64,000 bases of DNA from an uncultured bacterium (GTDB lineage: Bacteria; Patescibacteriota; Minisyncoccia; Moranbacterales; UBA2206), in contig CAIKZD010000017.1 in the NCBI GenBank assembly GCA_903831805.1, forward strand, positions 12,358 to 76,357, read 5' to 3'. Each line of letters starts with the position of its first letter. Positions within the stretch are counted from its first letter, which is position 1. Shown one piece after another: positions 18,227 to 26,786 of this stretch. Made by a program: the position numbers and the translations under genes. The notes beneath the pieces are model-generated. The model worked only from the letters and a program-made list of their open reading frames with translations. It made no database searches and was not told the origin of the DNA.

Positions 18227-18256
18227 CAAGTATAGCATAGCAGCTATACTTGTCAA
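18227..18256 (-). promoter_or_regulatory. Strong sigma70 promoter overlapped by a perfect 10-bp inverted repeat
   Basis: TTGACA-16-TATACT with TG extension; CAAGTATAGC-6-GCTATACTTG. Confidence 0.7.
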
Positions 18257-18293
18257 CAGTAATACGCATACTTATAAATAATATTTCAGAATT

Positions 18294-19910
18294 ATGCTCG
18301 AAGAAAATTTAAAAAAATATTTCAACTTCAATGAATTTCGCTCCGGCCAGCGGGAAGTGGTGGAGGCGATCGTTGGGGGTCGTGACACGGTGGCGCTGAT
18401 GCCGACCGGCGGCGGAAAATCATTGTGCTATCAATTGCCGGCGGTGATGCTGCCTGGGCTCACGGTTATCATTTCTCCGCTCATCGCTCTCATGAAAGAT
18501 CAGGTGGACGCGCTGGTGGTGCGCGGCATCCCGGCCACCTTTCTTAATAGCAGCATAGACGCGGTGGAAGTCGCAAGGCGCGTGACGGACATCAAAAGCG
18601 GTAAGACAAAAATCCTCTACATCGCCCCGGAACGTTTGGCGGCGCCCAGTTTTCAGCGGCTTTTTTCAGAATTCAAGATAAGTTTCTTGGCCGTGGACGA
18701 AGCGCATTGTGTTTCGCAGTGGGGCCATGATTTTCGACCGGATTATTTGCATATCAAGAAGCATATTGACGCTTTGCCCACGCGTCCGATTGTGGCCGCC
18801 TTCACCGCCACCGCCACGCCGGAAGTCAAAGCCGATATCATAACTCGCCTGGGCCTCGCGGCTCCGACTGTTTTTACGCGCGGCTTTGATCGGCCGAATT
18901 TGAAATTTTTTGTACAAAAAAACATCAAACCTAAGGAGCGGTACCTGGAAACGCTGCGAATCATAAAAAATCTGGCCGGATCAGGCATTGTCTATACACT
19001 TTCCAGAAAAGAAGCGGAGACGCTGGCAGATTTTTTGAATAAAAATAGTTTGACGGCGACGGCTTATCACGCCGGTCTGCCGAGCGACAAGCGAAGCCGG
19101 ATCCAGGAGGATTTTATGGAAAATCGTTTTAAGGTGATTGTGGCCACGGTGGCTTTTGGCATGGGGGTGGATAAAGCGGATGTGCGCTTTGTCATCCATG
19201 TTGGGATGCCGGGCAGCTTGGAAGGCTACTATCAAGAAGCCGGGCGTGCCGGGCGCGATGGCGAAGAAGCTTATTGCATTTTGCTGCATAGCAAAAAAGA
19301 CACCAATACGCATAATTTTTTTCTGAGGGGTGACCGGAAGCTCATCATGGATCAAGGCAAAAGCTGGGAGGAGGCGGGAGAAATTTTGGAGATAAAATAT
19401 CAAAAATTGGAAAAGATGCTGGCCTATGTGGCGGATGCAAAGTGTCGCCGCCGCATGATTCTTAAATATTTTGACGATCCGGAATATGCTAAAGAAAAAC
19501 AGAATTGTCGCGGATGCGATGTGTGTTTGCGCTGGAAGAAAAAAACGGAAACAGACACTATGGAAAGTGATTTTTCGCAACATGCGGCGCGTCGGCAATT
19601 GATCGGCGCCACGATCAAAGAAACCGTGCGCTTGCATGCGGAAGGCTATCGGCCTTTGCAGATTGCTAAGATGCGGTCCTTGGGCGCAAGTACGATTATG
19701 GGGCACCTCATCGATTGGTATGTGTCCGGTGGAGAGGTGAATATGGAGCAATTAATTTCTCCGGTTGAAGAAGAAAAAATTGTGGAAGTCATAAAAAGAG
19801 TCAGAACGCAAAGATTGAAACTGCTCAAGGAAGAATTACCGGAAGAGATTAGCTATGAAAAAATCAGGCTGGTATTGGCGAAAATGAAGCGCGGCGATAT
19901 TTTTGAATAA
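18294..19910 (+). CDS. recQ: RecQ-family ATP-dependent DNA helicase with C-terminal HTH
   Basis: MPTGGGKSLCYQLP, DEAHCVSQWGHDFRP, QEAGRAGRDG, CRR..C..CDVC. Confidence 0.93.
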   Translation: MLEENLKKYFNFNEFRSGQREVVEAIVGGRDTVALMPTGGGKSLCYQLPAVMLPGLTVIISPLIALMKDQVDALVVRGIPATFLNSSIDAVEVARRVTDIKSGKTKILYIAPERLAAPSFQRLFSEFKISFLAVDEAHCVSQWGHDFRPDYLHIKKHIDALPTRPIVAAFTATATPEVKADIITRLGLAAPTVFTRGFDRPNLKFFVQKNIKPKERYLETLRIIKNLAGSGIVYTLSRKEAETLADFLNKNSLTATAYHAGLPSDKRSRIQEDFMENRFKVIVATVAFGMGVDKADVRFVIHVGMPGSLEGYYQEAGRAGRDGEEAYCILLHSKKDTNTHNFFLRGDRKLIMDQGKSWEEAGEILEIKYQKLEKMLAYVADAKCRRRMILKYFDDPEYAKEKQNCRGCDVCLRWKKKTETDTMESDFSQHAARRQLIGATIKETVRLHAEGYRPLQIAKMRSLGASTIMGHLIDWYVSGGEVNMEQLISPVEEEKIVEVIKRVRTQRLKLLKEELPEEISYEKIRLVLAKMKRGDIFE

Positions 19911-19936
19911 ATACGCAATCTTTTTGTAGTAGTTTT

Positions 19937-20254
19937 ATGATTCATGTTAGCACTCCATTTGAAAACGCTGTTTATGCGGCTTGCCGGAAAATTCCCCGCG
20001 GGCGTCTTTCGACGTATGCGGAAATCGCCAGAGTTATTAAACATCCTAAGAGTGCGCGAGCGGTGGGGAATGCCCTGAACAAAAATCCTTATGCGCCGCA
20101 AGTCCCGTGTCACCGCGTGGTGCGCAGTGACGGCTCAGTAGGCGGTTTCGCAACTGGCGAAAAGAAAAAAACCGCAATCTTGCAAAAAGAGAAAATAGTC
20201 ATCCATAACGGCCGGGTAGTGAACTTTCCAGAGGTTTTTTATAAGCTTAAATAG
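19937..20254 (+). CDS. MGMT / O6-alkylguanine alkyltransferase family
   Basis: ARAVGNAL..NP, PCHRV active site. Confidence 0.9.
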   Translation: MIHVSTPFENAVYAACRKIPRGRLSTYAEIARVIKHPKSARAVGNALNKNPYAPQVPCHRVVRSDGSVGGFATGEKKKTAILQKEKIVIHNGRVVNFPEVFYKLK

Positions 20255-20313
20255 CGGTTTTTTTTGTGATATAATACAGTTACTTACGATTAACTATTAA
20301 TTTTAATAATACT

Positions 20314-20811
20314 ATGTCAAAAACGGAGGAAAACTTGGCCACAGCGTTTGCCGGGGAGTCGCAAGCTAACAGAAAATATCTGGCCTTTGCTGAAAAAGCG
20401 GAAAGTGAAGGACAAGCGGGGCTGGCTAAGCTTTTCCGTGTGGCGGCTGAGGGGGAAACGGTGCATGCCATTAACCATTTGAAAGCACTGGGCGGCGTGG
20501 CCGAAACGGCGGAAAATTTAAAGAGTGCTATTGCCGGGGAAACGTATGAAATTGAAAAGATGTATCCGGAATTTATCTCGGCCGTAGAGGCGGATGAAAC
20601 GCCAGCCAAATTGAGTTTCACCCGCGCCGAAAAAGTGGAAGAAGTGCACCAGAAACTTTTTCAAGAAGCTTTGGCTAAACTTGAAGCGGGCGAAATAGTG
20701 GCAGACGGCGACTACTATGTCTGCAGTGTCTGCGGTTTTCCATCAGCTGGAGAGGCGCCGGAAATTTGTCCGATCTGCGGCGCGCTAAAGGATAAATTCA
20801 AAGAAGTCTAA
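20314..20811 (+). CDS. rbr: Rubrerythrin
   Basis: AFAGESQA, E..H diiron motifs, C-terminal CxxC...CxxC. Confidence 0.93.
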   Translation: MSKTEENLATAFAGESQANRKYLAFAEKAESEGQAGLAKLFRVAAEGETVHAINHLKALGGVAETAENLKSAIAGETYEIEKMYPEFISAVEADETPAKLSFTRAEKVEEVHQKLFQEALAKLEAGEIVADGDYYVCSVCGFPSAGEAPEICPICGALKDKFKEV

Positions 20812-20835
20812 TTTTTTGCGGGGGAGAATAAAAAA

Positions 20836-21666
20836 ATGAACAATTCACTTGAATGGTATTCTAATGATCCTCATAAAAAGCCCGACTATCTAGTGGAAGA
20901 AGCAGATAGAGAGAGGCCGGAGGAATTTATAAGAAAAATACATTTCCGGGATGGCGAAGTTCCTTTGAGTAATGATTTCCCGCGGGAAATCGTGGAGCTT
21001 GTCATGAGGGATAAGGTGGTTCGAAGGGCACTTCAGGAAATCATGGAGAAGCGCGGAGAAGAGGATATTAAACACGCCGTCAGGATGGCTGGGATGGTCA
21101 TTATGGTGGCTGAAAGAATGGACCTTTCCCCGGATGATAGAGAGTTGCTAATCCGATCAGCATTAGTGCATGATGTTGGAAAAATAGGCATACCACAAGA
21201 AATTCTCGATAAACCGGGAGAACTTTCCGAGGAAGATATAAATATTGTGCATAAGCACGTAAGAATAGGCTGGAATTTTCTGAGAGAATTAGGGGATGAT
21301 AAATTGGCGGAAATCGTTGTCCGGCATCATGAGATTAATGGTTATCCGCGGAGCGGGAGAGATCAGCGGGAGATTAAAAGAGCAGATGGAAAAGAAAGGC
21401 GAGTGCCGAAGCCTGAGTACAATCGTTTGGCTAAGTTCCTATCCATATTTGACGTTTTTGATTCGCTTGGAAACCGGATTTATAATGACAAAAAAACAAT
21501 CCATGAAATTTTGGCTGAGAGACGCGATGAATTGAAAGATCTCAATTCTTCAGAAGAAAAAGTGCTAGTGTCTCTGCTTGAAGGAAGAGAAAATGATCCG
21601 GAATATATCCTGCGAAAAGAAGTGGAAAAAACTACCGAGGGCCTGTCGGCCGATGCCGCTTCTTGA
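20836..21666 (+). CDS. HD-GYP-like phosphohydrolase
   Basis: HDVGKIGIP..IL.KPG.L, HHE..GYP, DVFDSL. Confidence 0.85.
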   Translation: MNNSLEWYSNDPHKKPDYLVEEADRERPEEFIRKIHFRDGEVPLSNDFPREIVELVMRDKVVRRALQEIMEKRGEEDIKHAVRMAGMVIMVAERMDLSPDDRELLIRSALVHDVGKIGIPQEILDKPGELSEEDINIVHKHVRIGWNFLRELGDDKLAEIVVRHHEINGYPRSGRDQREIKRADGKERRVPKPEYNRLAKFLSIFDVFDSLGNRIYNDKKTIHEILAERRDELKDLNSSEEKVLVSLLEGRENDPEYILRKEVEKTTEGLSADAAS

Positions 21667-21773
21667 CAACTTTTTTCCAGGTGTTGCGCGATTTTCACAA
21701 AACCCCTATAATACACAGGTAAAAGGGGAGGGTAATTAATTTAATCAATCCCGCCTTGGCGGGACAAAACGAA

Positions 21774-22055
21774 ATGGCAAAAATGACAAAGGCTCAGATC
21801 ATGAGCGCGATGGCCGAGAAAACCGGTCTAGCTAAAAAAGAAGTAGTAGCATTCATGGATGCTCTCACTGGTATGGCGTATTCAGAAGTGAAGAAGAACG
21901 GAGAATTCGTTCTACCTGGTTTTGGAAAATTGGTCAAAGTGAATCGTAAGGCTCGTATGGGCGTCAATCCTGCCACCGGAGCAAAGATCCAAATTGCTGC
22001 GAAAACTGTGGCTAAATTTCGTTTAGCGAAAGTGGCTAAAGAAGCTGTCTTATAA
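21774..22055 (+). CDS. hup: HU family DNA-binding protein
   Basis: MTKAQI, LPGFGK, RKARMGVNPATG. Confidence 0.95.
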   Translation: MAKMTKAQIMSAMAEKTGLAKKEVVAFMDALTGMAYSEVKKNGEFVLPGFGKLVKVNRKARMGVNPATGAKIQIAAKTVAKFRLAKVAKEAVL

Positions 22056-22078
22056 TCTTCCTTTAGGACTGAAAGTTG

Positions 22079-22112
22079 AAAAGACCCTCGCCTATAGCGG
22101 GGGTCTTTTTTT
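22079..22112 (+). terminator. Intrinsic terminator
   Basis: aaaagaccctcgc-ctata-gcgggggtcttttttt. Confidence 0.8.
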
Positions 22113-22171
22113 GTGATATAATAGACTAAAGGTGTGTAGTATTAATAATATAATTTTTAACTTTAAAGAAT

Positions 22172-22969
22172 ATGGAAGAAGGCATTGCAAAAATGGAAGG
22201 TTGCGATAAGCGAAAAAAATATAGTTTCGCTCTTATTGCGCTGGGGCTGATTTTAGTGGCAGCCGTGGCGGTGGTTTCGCTGCTGCGTGAACGCCTGGTC
22301 AATCCGACACAAAATCAGATCGTGGTCTATGGGGAAGGGAAGGTGCAATATTTGCCGGACACGGCCACTGTGACTCTTGGCGTGCAAGTGAACAAGGTCA
22401 CCACTGCCGCGGACGCCTTGTCTCAAATGAATGATAAGATTAAGCGCATCACGGACGCCCTGGTGGCTCTTGGCCTGCCGACGACTGACATTAAAACCGA
22501 AAGCTACAATTTGTCACCGGCGTATGATTACAAAGATGGTGCTTCAGTAGTGGTCGGTTACAACGCCAGTCAGAATTTGGACATCAAGGCTCGCGGGGTG
22601 GATAAAAATACGGACCTGGTGAACAAAGTGGTGGCCGCAGCGGGAGACAATGGCACGAATGTGGTGCAAGGCGTCAACTATTTCCTGGATAACCCTAACG
22701 ATTTGCGACAAAAAGCCCGTATTGCGGCCATTTCAGACGCCAGGAGCAAAGCCACGGCTTTGGCTGCTGCAGCCGGCATCAAACACCTCGGCAAAGTTTT
22801 GAGTTGGTATGAAGACGCGCCAGTGACTGGTGGCGGAAATTATCCGATGGCTACGGACGCCCAAGGCTTGGGTGGCATGGCGGCGTCAAAAGCTATTAGC
22901 GCGCCGCAAATTTCTTCCGGCACGCAAGATATCGTGGTGGATATGGCAGTCAATTTTGAAACAAACTAA
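22172..22969 (+). CDS. SIMPL domain (DUF541) protein
   Basis: N-terminal TM, VYGEGKV..PDTATVTLGV, AISDARSKA. Confidence 0.88.
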   Translation: MEEGIAKMEGCDKRKKYSFALIALGLILVAAVAVVSLLRERLVNPTQNQIVVYGEGKVQYLPDTATVTLGVQVNKVTTAADALSQMNDKIKRITDALVALGLPTTDIKTESYNLSPAYDYKDGASVVVGYNASQNLDIKARGVDKNTDLVNKVVAAAGDNGTNVVQGVNYFLDNPNDLRQKARIAAISDARSKATALAAAAGIKHLGKVLSWYEDAPVTGGGNYPMATDAQGLGGMAASKAISAPQISSGTQDIVVDMAVNFETN

Positions 22970-22980
22970 AAAAACAAAAA

Positions 22981-23184
22981 ATGGAACAAGACTTGCAAGC
23001 CAGACTGGATGCGCAGGACAAAAAACTGGCGGACATCTATGTCTCAATTGAAAAAGCCAGGAAATATTTTCTCTGGACCTTAATCATTACCATCATCACG
23101 ATTGTCTTGCCAATCGTGGCCTTGGCTTTCGTTTTGCCGTGGTTCATCAAAACTATTTCTTCGGCGTATAGCTTGGGAATGTAG
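22981..23184 (+). CDS. Small membrane protein
   Basis: Coiled-coil N-terminus plus TM; tightly follows the SIMPL gene. Confidence 0.75.
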   Translation: MEQDLQARLDAQDKKLADIYVSIEKARKYFLWTLIITIITIVLPIVALAFVLPWFIKTISSAYSLGM

Positions 23185-23194
23185 AAATTTCCTT

Positions 23195-24448
23195 CTAGTT
23201 TCTTCCGCGATCTTTCATCGCTGTTTCAATGCGCCGGACCGCGAGAGCGTAGGCGCCTAGCCGCATAGTGGTGCGGTATTTTTCTTTTTCGTGCCAGACT
23301 TCGTCAAAAGCGCGTTCCATGATTTCCTGGAGGCGTGAGCGCACTTCTTCTTTTTTCCAATAATATCCACTGGCGTTTTGCACTTGTTCGAAATAGCTGA
23401 CGACCACTCCGCCGGCGTTAGCCAGGATATCCGGAACGATAAGGATGTTTTTTTCATTGATAATTTTTTCCGCCTCCGGAGAAATTGGGCCATTGGCCAG
23501 TTCTACAATCAATTTTGTTTGGATAAAATTCACATTTTCGGCATTGATGGAATTTTCGAGAGCGGCCGGAATGAGGATATCGACTTGGTGTTCGAGGCAA
23601 TGTTTTTCGCCTTCATTGTTGGCGCCGACATAGCCGGCCACCGAGCCGGTATTTTTTTTGTGAGCAGCCACTGCTGCCACTTTAAGTCCCATATAGTTGC
23701 AAATAGTCCCGTGCGAGTCGCTGAGAACTGCTACGCGATAACCTGCCTTTTCGAGCAGTTCAGCCATAAAACTGCCGGCATTGCCAAAGCCTTGGATGGC
23801 GACGGTGGAATTTTTGGCTAAGCCTAATTTTTCGGCGGCGCGGGCCATGACATAAACTGCTCCTTGAGCGGTGGAAAATTCCCGCACTTCCGAACCGCCA
23901 AGACTAAGAGGTTTCCCGGTGATTACTCCCGGCGCGTGAGTCCCAAGCATTTTTTCATATTCATCTAGCATCCAACCCATGATGCGCGGGTCGGTGTAGA
24001 CGTCTGGTGCGGGAACATCCAGTTCTGGCCCGACAAATTTGGCCATGGCCCGCATATAGCCTCGAGAAAGTTCTTCCAGCTCGCGATCGCTCAATTTTTT
24101 CGGGTCGACTGCCACGCCGCCTTTGCCTCCGCCAAGAGGAATGTTGACCACGGCTGTCTTCCACGTCATCCAGGCCGAGAGCGCTTTCACTTCGTCGCGC
24201 GAGACGTCCGGATGGAAACGGATACCGCCTTTGAACGGCCCGCGAGCGTCATTATATTGCGAACGCCAACCGGTGAAAACTTCCATGTGTCCGTCATCCA
24301 TCTTGACGGGGATGGAAACTTCCAGAATCCTTTGCGGATGCTGGAGTTGGGCATAGATGTTTTTGTCAATCCTGAGGAGTTCGTTGACGGTGGCCAACTG
24401 CTGCAGGGCATTTGCAAAGGGGTTGTTCTTTTCCATATATTTCTTCAT
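23195..24448 (-). CDS. gdhA: Glu/Leu/Phe/Val dehydrogenase
   Basis: GPFKGGIRFHP, GGGKGG, IQGFGNAG, PDILANAGGV. Confidence 0.93.
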   Translation of the reverse strand: MKKYMEKNNPFANALQQLATVNELLRIDKNIYAQLQHPQRILEVSIPVKMDDGHMEVFTGWRSQYNDARGPFKGGIRFHPDVSRDEVKALSAWMTWKTAVVNIPLGGGKGGVAVDPKKLSDRELEELSRGYMRAMAKFVGPELDVPAPDVYTDPRIMGWMLDEYEKMLGTHAPGVITGKPLSLGGSEVREFSTAQGAVYVMARAAEKLGLAKNSTVAIQGFGNAGSFMAELLEKAGYRVAVLSDSHGTICNYMGLKVAAVAAHKKNTGSVAGYVGANNEGEKHCLEHQVDILIPAALENSINAENVNFIQTKLIVELANGPISPEAEKIINEKNILIVPDILANAGGVVVSYFEQVQNASGYYWKKEEVRSRLQEIMERAFDEVWHEKEKYRTTMRLGAYALAVRRIETAMKDRGRN

Positions 24449-24544
24449 ATTATTTGATTATCCTTACTAATAATACAAATGAGTATTCCCGGGAAACAGT
24501 TCTTACCGAGGCGAACCTTTTTTGCTATACTAGAAAACATACAT

Positions 24545-25096
24545 ATGGAAAAAACAATCATTCTCGGCGGCCACAAGATAGCGTATACTCTCCGCAAAAA
24601 CCGACAATCCAAACATCTGCGCCTGTCAGTTTCAGCTGATGCGAGCGTGCGCGTGAGCGTGCCCATCCGCGTGAGTGAAAAAATGGCGGAAACTTTTTTG
24701 CGTGCCAAAGCCGATTGGGTCATGGACCGTCTGGCGGATTTTGCAAAAAAAACAAGCGCCTTGCCGCCGGCGACGCGCGCTGATTATTTGAAGTACAAGG
24801 AATTGGCGCGCGAGATCGCGGCCAAAAAGTTGCAGCATTTCAACGCGGAATATGGATATACCTGGCAAAAGATTTCCGTGCGGAACACCAAAACCCGTTG
24901 GGGGAGTTGTTCGGCCGCGGGAAACTTAAGTTTCAGCTACCGCATTATTTATTTACCGGCGCATTTGTGCGACTACATCGTGGTGCACGAACTCTGCCAC
25001 CTCGGCCAGTTCAATCATTCAGCGAAATTTTGGAATCTGGTGGCGCGCGCCGTGCCGGATTACAGGAAGAGGAGAAGGGAGATAAAGAAAATGTGA
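24545..25096 (+). CDS. YgjP/DUF45 zinc metallohydrolase
   Basis: TRWGSCS, YIVVHELCHL..NHS..FW. Confidence 0.9.
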   Translation: MEKTIILGGHKIAYTLRKNRQSKHLRLSVSADASVRVSVPIRVSEKMAETFLRAKADWVMDRLADFAKKTSALPPATRADYLKYKELAREIAAKKLQHFNAEYGYTWQKISVRNTKTRWGSCSAAGNLSFSYRIIYLPAHLCDYIVVHELCHLGQFNHSAKFWNLVARAVPDYRKRRREIKKM

Positions 25097-25196
25097 TTGT
25101 GTGAAGCGGTTCAACCGCTAACGGTAAAAATCTGAACCACTGATTTTCACGTGAGACCACGTGATTTCACTGAAGGAAAAATCATCATAGCAGTAT

Positions 25197-25353
25197 TGTC
25201 ATTCTGAGCGAAGCCTGTAATCAGGCGCAGTCGAAGAATCTGCTCGGTGTAACTACTAGTTTACCTATAAAGCACAAGTCTCGAGGTAACCACTGGCAGA
25301 TCCTTCGACTGCGTTCATCGCCTCATCGGCGACTCACTCCGCTCAGGATGACA
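25197..25353. repeat. Family A long palindromic element
   Basis: TGTCATTCTGAGC...GCTCAGGATGACA, 56-nt core. Confidence 0.92.
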
Positions 25354-25594
25354 GCTATTTTTTGTATAATAATCTTTTATATAAGCCAAAAAACACCCCA
25401 GCCCTTTACAAAAAGGCGTTTTGGGTGTATACTACTATATTAGTGCCTTAACAATCGAATTTCATGAATTTGCCACGGCAGAAAGGGTTTTTATCTATGA
25501 AAAGAATTTTTTCTGCTGTGGCGAAATCAATAGAGATAAGACTGCTAAATAGTTTTGTTTTTAACAAAAAACATCAGAATAGAAGGAGGGGGAT

Positions 25595-25936
25595 ATGACA
25601 CAAGAAATTAGTATGGATCAATCGGAAAGATGGAGCAAAGCTTTGCTTGCAGCTGCAGATAAGTGCAGAGATAATTGGAAAGCAGCGCGCAATGAATGCT
25701 TTTCAAAAAATGCCATCGAAAATGTCACCATAGAAAAGATGGAGAATCCTTTTTTGTGGCAGCTGACCTTCACACGCTTTGATAAAGTGCGTGAAATACG
25801 TGAGGTCTTCGACGCCAAGGATCCATATTATAGAGTAGATCAATCGCGGGGGGACGCAAACTTTGAAGTCGATGCAATATCATACTTCATATATCTTGCG
25901 AACGATGTCTATCATGAAATGGATATTAATAAATGA
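25595..25936 (+). CDS. Hypothetical protein (ORFan-like)
   Basis: Strong SD AAGGAGG, own promoter and downstream hairpin. Confidence 0.7.
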   Translation: MTQEISMDQSERWSKALLAAADKCRDNWKAARNECFSKNAIENVTIEKMENPFLWQLTFTRFDKVREIREVFDAKDPYYRVDQSRGDANFEVDAISYFIYLANDVYHEMDINK

Positions 25937-26016
25937 AAATCTCCCGATGAACAGTGAAATAAAAAAGCCAGCGACGGCAATATCGTCTCTGGCTTTTAAA
26001 TTTGGTTAAAGAAATG

Positions 26017-26146
26017 TGTCATCCTGAATGTAGCGAAGCGTAATGAAGGATCTGCTATGTGTAATAACTAGTTTTACGATAAATCACAAAGCTGGTTGTA
26101 CCCACTGGCAGATCCTTCGTCCGGCTAGCGCCATCCTCAGGATAAC
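26017..26146. repeat. Family A element, divergent copy
   Basis: TGTCATCCTGA...GAAGGATCT-56-AGATCCTTC...TCAGGATAAC. Confidence 0.85.
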
Positions 26147-26298
26147 GAGCTTATTTCCTAATAGTGGACATTAGAGAATGTTTTCGACGTTTGATTGACA
26201 AAAAAATGTCAGTTGCTATTATAATAAACTAGCTCCTTTTTATTTGCAGTTAACCTTTTAGAAACACTAAAAATCCACAATTATTCAAGGAGGATGTC

Positions 26299-26703
26299 AT
26301 GAATAATATTATGCAGTTTGATGAAGAAAAGATCAGAAGATTGCCAGAGATTTTTTCTGTAGCTGATTCCATCGGCTCCATCAGATGTTATGATGGTTTA
26401 AGTTCCAATTTTCCGTGCATAGTTCTGAGGATTGATACAGGAGAATTTTTTAATCCGTCTTTACTGCATGTTTTTCATCTGGTAGGTATTAATAATCATT
26501 GCATGATGGAGTTTTTCCATAATGGAAAAGTTCTGAAGGAATTGGCATATGCCAGGTTTGAACAGGAAGGAGAAAAAACAATAAATGTAGTGAATGTTTT
26601 AGTGAGGAATATTGTCAGAGAATGTGGTACTTCAGTAAATGATGTGGAAAGGAAAAATATCGCGACTGCAATCAAAAAATTGCTCGAAGATAGATTTCAA
26701 TAG
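26299..26703 (+). CDS. Hypothetical protein (ORFan-like)
   Basis: SD AAGGAGG; TTGACA...TATTAT promoter near 26195-26225. Confidence 0.7.
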   Translation: MNNIMQFDEEKIRRLPEIFSVADSIGSIRCYDGLSSNFPCIVLRIDTGEFFNPSLLHVFHLVGINNHCMMEFFHNGKVLKELAYARFEQEGEKTINVVNVLVRNIVRECGTSVNDVERKNIATAIKKLLEDRFQ

Positions 26704-26786
26704 CTCCTTTGTTTCTTTAAGTGCAAAAAAGGACAGGCCTGTTGTCGATACACGGTCTGTCCTTTTAAATTTCCTAAAAAATAAAT

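Noticed and set aside
25197-26146. Integron attC sites
   Set aside because: No RYYYAAC/GTTRRRY core ends, cassettes carry their own promoters, and no intI in the window
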